Positions 1-7,258 of a DNA stretch of 15,479 nucleotides are shown one piece after another. Source of the stretch: Bdellovibrionota bacterium (lineage in GTDB: Bacteria > Bdellovibrionota_C > UBA2361); contig JBILDU010000074.1 of the NCBI GenBank assembly GCA_044352465.1, positions 1 to 15,479 of the forward strand, in the 5' to 3' direction. Made by a program: the position numbers and the translations under genes. Position 1 is the first letter of the stretch. Each line of letters starts with the position of its first letter. Under the pieces are notes generated by a model. The model had not been told where the DNA came from. It did not search any database and saw only the letters and a program-made list of their open reading frames with translations.

Positions 1-43
1 TCCGATGGTCTCTGACGGTCGAGCCGGGCTTCCACTGGGGCAT
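1..43 (-). CDS. Possible 5' end of a divergent gene leaving the window (MPQWKPGSTVRDHR...)
   Basis: Minus-strand ATG at 43-41 is preceded by GAGGTG (+ strand cacctc, 50-55) at 6-nt spacing, and the frame is open to the window edge. Too short to assign a function. Confidence 0.3.
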   Translation of the reverse strand, partial: MPQWKPGSTVRDHR

Positions 44-104
44 TTGCGTCACCTCTGTCTCTCGACCCTCTTTAGTCGCTGCAGCTTGCGTTCCCTTTGC
101 TGAG

Positions 105-2636
105 ATGCCTGAGATTATTGAACTCAAGGGGACCCTCACGACTACCAATGGTGAGCCGATTCGGATTACGCCAGCTCACCTCTATAATCAGATCGTGGGG
201 TCCTATGACTTCGCCGCTGTTGATACCTCGAGCTGGTGGCTGACAAGCTCACGGCCTCGGATCGCTTTCACTGTTTTAGCGGGGTCACAGCGGGGTGGTG
301 GAACATTGCAGCTTTATCGTTATGCCAACTGGCTCGTCGATCTCGGATTTTCGGTTACTATTTATTCGAATGATCCGATTTATCCGGACTGGGCTGATTT
401 AAAAGCGCGCTATCTCTACACTCTCGACGGGTATGAGCGATATCGCTCGATTAGTGAAGAGATCGTTATTGTCTACTCGATCCTCGAGTTGCCCGAAATT
501 TTGCAGTCGCGCAACCGCTCGTCTCAGAAGATTCTTCATTTTTGTCAGGGTCTGGAGGAATTCCATTTTGGCCGATCGTTTCGTGAAGTAATGGCGCCGA
601 AGCCCGTCTTCCATCTTCTCAACTCTCTCCCAGTAGGGCGCATCGTCATTTCCCCGGCTCTAGAGGATTATTTTAAGAGCCACTATAAGCAAAAATGTTT
701 CTATATTCCGAACGGGCTCGACCCGGTCTTTTCTACAAAACCAGAGCAGTCCTCCATAAAGAGCCCACTGGGGGAGGGGCACCGTCCAATCAAGATCGTT
801 CAGGTGTGTGATCCGGGGCAGCCTCTCAAGGGGGCGCGAGTCTTATTTGATGCCGTTTGTCTTCTTGTAAGGCGATATCGTGATCGAGGATTTAATTTCC
901 ATATCGATTTCTTGTCGGGGCCGAGTCCAACTGACACCTTGTTGCTGGCTCCGGCTCCAACCGGGGTGTCGTATGCGATTAAATCAGGCCTTACCCCATC
1001 CTCTATGCGTGAAGCTTACGAAGCCGCTGATGTGGTCGTCAACGCATCGTTCCACGAGGGTCTAGGTCTTTCCTCTCTTGAAGCGCTCGCCAGTGGTGTG
1101 TTTCTTATTCAAGCCGACAACTTCGGACTCGATGGAATTCTCGAGGATGGTGTCAACTCGATTACCGTTCCGCGTGATAATGTCACCGCACTGGCTTCCG
1201 CGTTAGCTACCCTTATCGAGATCCCAGAGTTTCGACGAATCGAATCACGTTTCGCTCAGCAGATAGCTCACCGTTTTTCGATAGAGAAGCAGTTTGAATC
1301 GTTTTGCGGAGTATTCGAGCGTATTACCGAGGTATCAGGACTGCGTGAGCGGTCCATCGCGGAAGGAAAATGTAACGTCAAGTCCGCCGACAATGGCATG
1401 CGAGTCGAGGTCCACGAGCTGCCGCGATTCTCTGTTCTTGTTCCGGTATATAATCACGCTCATTTTCTTCCTGAGACCCTTGATACCTTGAAGTCGCAGA
1501 CCTACCCGCACTGGGAGGCGGTCATTGTTAACGACGGCTCGACCGATGACACGCCCGCGGTCATGAGACGGTATGCGGCGGATGATGACCGATTTAAACT
1601 CGTTCACCGTGAGAATGGTGGAACTGCGGCAGCTCTGAACACTGCATTTTCAAACGCCCGCAACGACTGGATCTGCTGGCTGTCCTCAGATGACTTCTTT
1701 AAGCGCGAGAAACTTGAGATTCATGCCCGCTATATTGGGGCATTGCCAGACGTGAAGTTTTTTCACTCTCTTTTCTCAGTCTTCGACGAGGCCTCCAAGG
1801 AGGAGCGATGCGATATCCCATCTTCGCATGCCTGGTTTGCAAACCCGGCTTTCAAAGCACTCGACATGTGTCGGTGGAATTCGGTGCACGGTAATACCGT
1901 GGCGATTCATCGAGATATCTTTCAACGTGTCGGAGGATTTCGCTCGGAGTTCCCTAGTGCTCAGGATTACGATATGTGGCTTCGGATGAGCCTGGTAACG
2001 CCGGCATTTCTGATTAATAAAGTGACGTGCACAACCAGGCTCCACGATGCCTCAGGAAGCGTGAATTTCCCCTATGCGGGAATATTTGATTCCTATCGGT
2101 CCTTGATCGACGTTCTGAACAGTCACAAATTTCCCGAGATTCTGCCATTTCTGAACCTCCGTAGGCAACGGGAACTCTCTGACGCGGTAATACAATGTGG
2201 CCTCGTGAGTGGAGAGGCGGAGAGTTTCCTGTATGTTGGCACGGCCTATCGCCGCAGTCCAATTTTAGAAAGGCTCCTCGAGTTCTACGGAGATCCGGAG
2301 CTCGCGGCGACAGATCGTCAACTTGTCCTCGAATCACTCCAGGTAGCCCGTAATGTTCTATCGACGTTGCCGAACAAGTACCCCTTTTTGGATCGGCACT
2401 TTGAGAGGTTTAAATCGGCGGAGGCCCTTGGGTACGAATATCGTCCGATTGATCCGTTCGCGGAGATGGTCGCTCGATACGAGCAGTTCCTGCGAACGCG
2501 GGACGCCTCTAAGATCGCGCTTTACCGGCGTTACTTCACGAAGCTCGCACTGAATAAAGTTCCCGGAGTGCCTGAGCTTGATGATATCTTTGGCCGCCCT
2601 GAGCTTCATAATGTCGATCTGTCGCTTGCTCAGTGA
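105..2636 (+). CDS. Two-domain glycosyltransferase: N-terminal GT-B (GT4-like), GT-A (GT2) and an uncharacterised C-terminal region
   Basis: 843-aa ORF. GT4 features: RGGG loop, YIPNG, EX7E motif EGLGLSSLEALASG. GT2 features: FSVLVPVYN, VIVNDGSTD, WLSSDD, QDYDMWLR. Confidence 0.9.
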   Translation: MPEIIELKGTLTTTNGEPIRITPAHLYNQIVGSYDFAAVDTSSWWLTSSRPRIAFTVLAGSQRGGGTLQLYRYANWLVDLGFSVTIYSNDPIYPDWADLKARYLYTLDGYERYRSISEEIVIVYSILELPEILQSRNRSSQKILHFCQGLEEFHFGRSFREVMAPKPVFHLLNSLPVGRIVISPALEDYFKSHYKQKCFYIPNGLDPVFSTKPEQSSIKSPLGEGHRPIKIVQVCDPGQPLKGARVLFDAVCLLVRRYRDRGFNFHIDFLSGPSPTDTLLLAPAPTGVSYAIKSGLTPSSMREAYEAADVVVNASFHEGLGLSSLEALASGVFLIQADNFGLDGILEDGVNSITVPRDNVTALASALATLIEIPEFRRIESRFAQQIAHRFSIEKQFESFCGVFERITEVSGLRERSIAEGKCNVKSADNGMRVEVHELPRFSVLVPVYNHAHFLPETLDTLKSQTYPHWEAVIVNDGSTDDTPAVMRRYAADDDRFKLVHRENGGTAAALNTAFSNARNDWICWLSSDDFFKREKLEIHARYIGALPDVKFFHSLFSVFDEASKEERCDIPSSHAWFANPAFKALDMCRWNSVHGNTVAIHRDIFQRVGGFRSEFPSAQDYDMWLRMSLVTPAFLINKVTCTTRLHDASGSVNFPYAGIFDSYRSLIDVLNSHKFPEILPFLNLRRQRELSDAVIQCGLVSGEAESFLYVGTAYRRSPILERLLEFYGDPELAATDRQLVLESLQVARNVLSTLPNKYPFLDRHFERFKSAEALGYEYRPIDPFAEMVARYEQFLRTRDASKIALYRRYFTKLALNKVPGVPELDDIFGRPELHNVDLSLAQ

Positions 2637-2752
2637 GTTGCGCGGTTTGGGAGAGCCTGAACCTCTGCATTTAAACGGTGACCCCGCGGGATCCAGAGCG
2701 TCAAAGACGGCTGGTGGGACCGCTACAGGGAGCATTACGGAGTTTGCGATTC

Positions 2753-3328
2753 ATGGTGACGGTCCTAGGTATTAACGGTAGTCCCCATGGGGATTCCGGT
2801 AACTGCGCCAAGCTCGCTGATGTCGTGCGGCGTATCTTGGGTGCCCGAGCTCGATTCGAGACGATCCACCTGGCCGATGAGATCCCATTTTGGGAGGTAT
2901 CTGAAAGCATTGGGCGTGCGGACGGTTTTGTTTTCCTAACCGGCACGTATTGGGATAGCTGGGGGAGTCCGTTGCAGCGGTTTTTGGAGGAGGCAACTGT
3001 GACTGAGGGAACAGACCTCTGGCTGGGGAAGCCGTGTGTCGTGGGGGTTTTGATGCACTCCGTCGGCGGGAAGGGGGTGCTATCCCGTCTTCAGGGTGTT
3101 CTCAATACCTATGGGTTGTTTATCCCACCGATGAGTGGATTTTTGTACTCCGTGGTCAACCAATTAGCCCTCAAGGGTGAGGAGTCGCCACTGAGCGAGG
3201 ACCTGTGGCGGATCGATGATCTCGAGGTGGTATGTCATAATCTCCTGGAGGCGTGCCGATATCCCGGCGATTGGCGAGGCTGGCCAGTCAATCGCACAGG
3301 CTTTGACAAGGTTTGGCTTGAAGGGTAA
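2753..3328 (+). CDS. Flavodoxin-fold NAD(P)H-dependent FMN reductase family protein
   Basis: VLGINGSP phosphate-binding start, ADGFVFLTGTYW (cf. family TPxYW) and GKP motif. Start moved to ATG 2753, which follows GGAG at 2739-2742 and sits just before the first beta strand. Confidence 0.8.
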   Translation: MVTVLGINGSPHGDSGNCAKLADVVRRILGARARFETIHLADEIPFWEVSESIGRADGFVFLTGTYWDSWGSPLQRFLEEATVTEGTDLWLGKPCVVGVLMHSVGGKGVLSRLQGVLNTYGLFIPPMSGFLYSVVNQLALKGEESPLSEDLWRIDDLEVVCHNLLEACRYPGDWRGWPVNRTGFDKVWLEG

Positions 3329-3364
3329 TCATCGAGTGATTCTATGTTTGTATAGGTCCTCGCT

Positions 3365-3988
3365 ATGGGGGTTGTTTCTGCACCCGATGCGCTTGAGCGG
3401 TTACGGGAAGGTAATCGTCGTTTCGCCAACGGCTTAATTAGCCGGGATACCCTGTTAAGTCACGGACGACGCACTGAGCTTACCAAAGGCCAAAATCCAA
3501 CGGCGATAATACTGGGGTGCGCCGATTCGCGGGTGCCGGCAGAGATCGTGTTTGATCAGGGTCTCGGAGATCTCTTCGTTATTCGTGTCGCAGGAAATAT
3601 CGTGGCGCCCTCCCAGGTCGGCAGTGTGGAGTTTGCGGCGGCACGCTTTGGTGTTCGCCTGGTAGTGGTTTTGGGTCATTCGCAGTGTGGCGTCATCCGC
3701 GCAACGATCGAAGACCTCTTGAGCCCGAGTTCGGGCCAGTCGTCAAATATCCGCTCGATCGTTGATCGGGTGCGACCCGCCATCGAACCGCTCATGGAGA
3801 GCGATCTGAGAAACAGCCCGGAAGCACTTATGACCGCATCGGTCCGAGCGAATGTACGAGTAGCAACGAATCATCTTCGTCACGGCTCGGCTATTTTGGA
3901 GAACCTCATTCAGCACGAGGGTTTGAGGATAGTGGGAGCGGAATACAATATAGAGAGCGGCGCGGTCGAATTCTTTGACGGCATGTGA
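3365..3988 (+). CDS. can: Beta-class carbonic anhydrase
   Basis: ALERLREGNRRF N-terminus, zinc-ligand motifs GCADSRVP and GHSQCG, and GDLFVIRVAGN. Confidence 0.95.
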   Translation: MGVVSAPDALERLREGNRRFANGLISRDTLLSHGRRTELTKGQNPTAIILGCADSRVPAEIVFDQGLGDLFVIRVAGNIVAPSQVGSVEFAAARFGVRLVVVLGHSQCGVIRATIEDLLSPSSGQSSNIRSIVDRVRPAIEPLMESDLRNSPEALMTASVRANVRVATNHLRHGSAILENLIQHEGLRIVGAEYNIESGAVEFFDGM

Positions 3989-4057
3989 GACCTCGCTTCT
4001 CGACCAGCGCCTGTCCATCCGAGAGAGAGTGCCTCATTAATCCGTCAGGGCGCGAAA

Positions 4058-4085
4058 TTGCAGTGCGGGTCGTGTTACATAGAAT
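4058..4085 (+). promoter_or_regulatory. Putative sigma70 promoter for nhaB
   Basis: TTGCAG (4058-4063), 16-nt spacer, TAGAAT (4080-4085). The predicted start near 4091 coincides with the 5' arm of the downstream structure. Confidence 0.55.
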
Positions 4086-4090
4086 CGGCA

Positions 4091-4299
4091 ATCCGCTCTC
4101 TATGAATTCAAGTGAGTAGTGTTTCTGCGCGGGGTCGTTCAGTAATGGGTGCCTACTCATTAGTGAAGGGCTCGTGTGGCGGGTCTTTTTTATGGTTTGT
4201 GGGTCATGATTGAGTAGAGCGGTTTGGGGAAGAGGTGACACTCGATCGCCTTGTGACGAGGCGGTCCGGTAGAAGACGCTCGGCTGTCCCCTTTTCCCC
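4091..4299 (+). promoter_or_regulatory. Structured 5' leader of nhaB (candidate cis-regulatory RNA or riboswitch)
   Basis: Stems: CCGCTCT 4093-4099/AGAGCGG 4216-4222; TTCA-AGTGAGTAG 4107-4119/CTACTCATT..TGAA 4153-4167; GGGGAAGAGGTGACA 4226-4240/TGTCCCCTTTTCCCC 4285-4299; GATCGCCT 4244-4251/AGGCGGTC 4259-4266. G-U pairs favour the + strand. Confidence 0.45.
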
Positions 4300-4325
4300 T
4301 CCCTTTCCCCCTCTCGAAATCAACC

Positions 4326-5828
4326 ATGACTCATTCTGACGGAGCCGTGCATGCTCCGAGCTCCCATTCGGGGAGCGATGCACCGCGCTGGTATATCGGC
4401 GCGCTCGGGTTCGCGATGGCGATGATCTTCCTCGTGAAGAACTCATTCGGACCGGCAGCTGCTGGGTGGCTGCTCATCCTCGGTGTGGTGGCAACGTTCA
4501 CCACGGCCCACAAGGTGTTTCCCCTGGCGGGAGCCGGTGTGCTCACGATCTGGGGGCTCCTCTTGGGGCTCACGACGGTTCAGGCGTGGGAGCACGAGAT
4601 CGAGGCGAACGTCAAAGTTCTCCTTTTGATCGCGTGCATGGTGCCAGCGATTCATTTCTTCAAAGATCTCCTCGAGGCTAGCTTCACGGCGATCCTCGTC
4701 AAGATTAAGAAGAAGGTGAATCTGGCCTTCGCGTTCTATGCCTTTGGTGCGGTGTCCTCGGCCTTTTTTGATGCACTCACCGTGGCGGCGATGGTGCTGA
4801 CCGCCCTTGGCGGGATGTACCTCACCTACGAATCGGTGCGTCACGCCGCCGAGATGAAAGCTGCAAGCGACATCGGAGATATCGAGGTTCGTAAGAAACT
4901 CGATGACTTTCGAGCGTTTCTGCGGCAACTGCTGATGGTGCTCCTCGTGGGTACGATGACGGGAGGTCTCACGACCCTTGTTGGCGAACCGCAGAACTAC
5001 CAAGTGGGACAGATGTGGGGATGGGGGTTCCAGGACTACTTCGTCCGGATGCTTCCGATCTCTGCTCCGGTTCTTCTCGGTGGTTTGGGGGTGACCTGGC
5101 TTGTCGAGGGTACTCCGGTAGGGCGCATCTTCGGATACGGCACCGAGCTTCCGGTATCGATTCGGTCGTACCTGACGCTCCAGTCAACCGAGCAGGCACT
5201 TCGGCGGACCCCCACCGAGCTCCTGCACCTCAAGGTGCAAGCTGTAGCGGGTCTTCTGCTTGTCGTCGCGCTTGGTTTGCAGCTCGCGTCGATCGGGCTT
5301 CTGGGGCTGATAACGATGATCATCGTGTCAACTGCGATGGGGAGGGTTGCGGAGACACGGTATGTGCCGGCGTATCACGCCGCTATGCCGTTCTTCGCTC
5401 TCCTGCTCGTCTTCTTCGGTGCGGTCAGCATTATCCACGAGCAGCACCTCTTTGAGGGGCTGATGCGGTGGATTGTGAGTCTGCCCGAAGGGACGCGGTT
5501 GCTCGCGATGTTTGTCGAGACGGGAATGGTAAGCTCCGTTTCTGACAATGTGTTCGTGGCGTGCGCGCACGCCTCGAATGTACAGAAGCTGATGACTGAT
5601 GGTACTCTTGATGCCGCGGCGGGTGATAAGCTTGCTATCGCTATCATCGCAGGTACCAACATCGTCAGCATCGCGACTCCCAACGGGCAAGCTGCGTTCC
5701 TGCTCGCCATCTGCTCCGAGACGGCCGCACATTTGCAGCTGCGCTACGTGCGTATGTTGTGGATGGCTTTCCCGTATACGGTGGTCCTCAGCATCATCGG
5801 TGGCGTCGCAGTCAGTCGCTGGATCTAA
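4326..5828 (+). CDS. nhaB: NhaB-family Na+/H+ antiporter (divergent)
   Basis: 500-aa polytopic membrane protein with NhaB motifs SAFFDALTV, GGLTTLVGEPQN, FGYGTELP, SSVSDNVFV, GTN..ATPNGQAAFL and YVRMLWMAFPYT. Confidence 0.9.
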   Translation: MTHSDGAVHAPSSHSGSDAPRWYIGALGFAMAMIFLVKNSFGPAAAGWLLILGVVATFTTAHKVFPLAGAGVLTIWGLLLGLTTVQAWEHEIEANVKVLLLIACMVPAIHFFKDLLEASFTAILVKIKKKVNLAFAFYAFGAVSSAFFDALTVAAMVLTALGGMYLTYESVRHAAEMKAASDIGDIEVRKKLDDFRAFLRQLLMVLLVGTMTGGLTTLVGEPQNYQVGQMWGWGFQDYFVRMLPISAPVLLGGLGVTWLVEGTPVGRIFGYGTELPVSIRSYLTLQSTEQALRRTPTELLHLKVQAVAGLLLVVALGLQLASIGLLGLITMIIVSTAMGRVAETRYVPAYHAAMPFFALLLVFFGAVSIIHEQHLFEGLMRWIVSLPEGTRLLAMFVETGMVSSVSDNVFVACAHASNVQKLMTDGTLDAAAGDKLAIAIIAGTNIVSIATPNGQAAFLLAICSETAAHLQLRYVRMLWMAFPYTVVLSIIGGVAVSRWI

Positions 5829-5846
5829 CAACCACGCCGACGGGAG

Positions 5847-6016
5847 AAATCCCTGAAAGCGTTCGGTTCCGCTGTGACATGCTCCAGGAGCTCACAGCGG
5901 GATCAGATGGGTTCTTTGAAAGGTTTGATGCGCAAGCATCCAAGAGACCTGCCATAAGCCCATCTATTTTTGCGGAGTACGATGCCAAGGTTCGCCTGCG
6001 CAGTCGGGGATTTTTT
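5847..6016 (+). ncRNA. Putative structured RNA of unknown class (multi-branched, ~170 nt)
   Basis: Closing stem AAATCCCTGA 5847-5856/TCGGGGATTT 6004-6013; 13-bp stem 5865-5877/5892-5904; stem 5905-5913/5957-5965 capped by GATGC-GCAA-GCATC; AGG-TTCG-CCT 5988-5997; ends in T6. Several G-U pairs work only on the + strand. Confidence 0.5.
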
Positions 6017-6127
6017 GTTGCAAGCTCTGTTCGACTGAGCTCGACTAGGCTGACCTCGCCGAAGTCATCGCCGAAAGCTACCCACCGGTACATACGCTCC
6101 AAGCTGCGGAGATCCGGAAACCCGGCC

Positions 6128-6173
6128 GGGCGCACTCACCGTGCGGGGCGCGACGGAGCGCCTTTCTTTGTTT
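6128..6173 (+). terminator. Possible intrinsic terminator (imperfect hairpin plus T-rich tail)
   Basis: GGGCGC 6128-6133/GCGCCT 6158-6163 with inner CCGT/ACGG, followed by TTTCTTTGTTT. The stem is bulged. Confidence 0.3.
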
Positions 6174-7176
6174 GATTAGGCCTTCGTTTTCGCTCAGGAA
6201 AATGAATGAATTTCAATCGACTGGCGCGCTTGGGTGGCGCGAGGTACGGGCTGTTTGCCTAACCTGTTCTCTCGGCCTAAAGTCTGAGGGTATGTTCTCG
6301 AGTCGCTCCGAAAAGTCGCTCCAATCGTGCGCTGCTGGTCGTCCGGCCGTCGATGCGCTGGTGTTTTCAGTACGATCGAAACAAGAGCTGCGTGAGCAGG
6401 TCGACTCTTTCTACAGGATCGCTGAGCTACGCGAGCGGCTTCAGTTGGCATACCCGTGGTGGCAGCCCACTGAGGCGCATCGATTTTTGGTCGGGGCCGT
6501 GCGTGATATCGGGGCGAGGCTTCATCCGCAAACAGAGGTGGAGTATCAGAGCGATGGGGTTCAAGGAGCGCCCCAGGTGGACCAGCCGTTGGTGGTATCG
6601 CCAGATAGGCGCGGTGTTTTGGCAACGGTGGGGGGCAGGGTCGCGGTTTTTTTCGATTTTCGGCGGAAAGCCGGGGGAACGGAAGCGAAAAATGTTTCGC
6701 TCACCACGACGGGAGCGCGCGTTTTAGGCCTTTCGGCTGAGTGCGTAGTTCTCTCGGAGCGAGCCAACATTATCGTCGAGCGAAGTCTAAAGAATGTTGC
6801 GCGGTATCTGCGGGATCAGCCGGTGGAGATTACGATCGATGGAGAGCTCGCGACCTCCCTGTGTGAGGGGCGGGGCAAAGAGTACCACGCCGAGTTTGTG
6901 GGAGCGCTCTGGGCACTCAAAGCAGCCCTATATTCTTTTCGAGATAATGAGCCGTTGCTCCGGGAGACTTTTGGAGTGATGCGGCGCAATCTGCCTGATA
7001 TGCTTACAATCTTTGCCGACGAGAACGCGTATAACCAGGTGATGTCGGGCTTTTTGATGGTCGCGCAGCGTTCGAGTACGTTTAGAAAGATCCTCCTTGA
7101 GCAGTCTTGGCTCGGATTAAAGGCCTCCGATGTGCCCCGCGGGAGGAGTGATGATGCGCCGTTCTCGAAGACATGA
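6172..7176 (+). CDS. Hypothetical protein (start uncertain: TTG 6172, ATG 6202 or ATG 6292)
   Basis: The only long ORF (up to 334 aa) filling the gap, with globular-looking composition and a stop converging on the ABC permease. No motif recognised. Confidence 0.65.
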   Translation: MIRPSFSLRKMNEFQSTGALGWREVRAVCLTCSLGLKSEGMFSSRSEKSLQSCAAGRPAVDALVFSVRSKQELREQVDSFYRIAELRERLQLAYPWWQPTEAHRFLVGAVRDIGARLHPQTEVEYQSDGVQGAPQVDQPLVVSPDRRGVLATVGGRVAVFFDFRRKAGGTEAKNVSLTTTGARVLGLSAECVVLSERANIIVERSLKNVARYLRDQPVEITIDGELATSLCEGRGKEYHAEFVGALWALKAALYSFRDNEPLLRETFGVMRRNLPDMLTIFADENAYNQVMSGFLMVAQRSSTFRKILLEQSWLGLKASDVPRGRSDDAPFSKT

Positions 7177-7258
7177 AGAGTGCTGCCCAAGCGGCTTCTC
7201 GTGCCGCGATGTGCCGACGAGTAGTGAGCAAACGAATGCTTACGAGGGGTCGCGTTAG

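Noticed and set aside
2..103. Open + strand frame ending in TGA at 101-103, just before the glycosyltransferase ATG
   Set aside because: The translation (PMVSDGRAGLPLGHLRHLCL...) shows nothing recognisable, and a minus-strand start with a good RBS is at least as likely.
2678..2752. Longest-ORF N-terminal extensions (here, and at 8468-8527, 10136-10192, 11169-11198 and 15166-15279)
   Set aside because: Downstream ATGs fit better with RBS position, domain start, signal peptide or translational coupling.
4091..4224. Retron msr-msd-like architecture (terminal inverted repeat enclosing a long hairpin)
   Set aside because: No reverse transcriptase gene in the window, and the position as an nhaB leader is a simpler explanation.
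4259..4280. GGTCCGGTAGAAG resembling SRP RNA helix 8
   Set aside because: Lacks the conserved CAGG...GGAA...AGCAG pattern and the flanking pairing.
5915..6165. Fragments reminiscent of a lysine riboswitch (GAAAGG, GCCGAA, GGAGCGC)
   Set aside because: The spacing and helix order do not fit, there is no 5' AGAGGUGC element, and no lysine-related gene follows.
5759..6175. ORFs 5759-6175 (+, 138 aa) and 5812-6135 (-, 107 aa)
   Set aside because: Both overlap the nhaB 3' end, have no clear RBS or motif and are Arg/Ser-rich. The region is better explained by RNA structure, although coding is not fully excluded.
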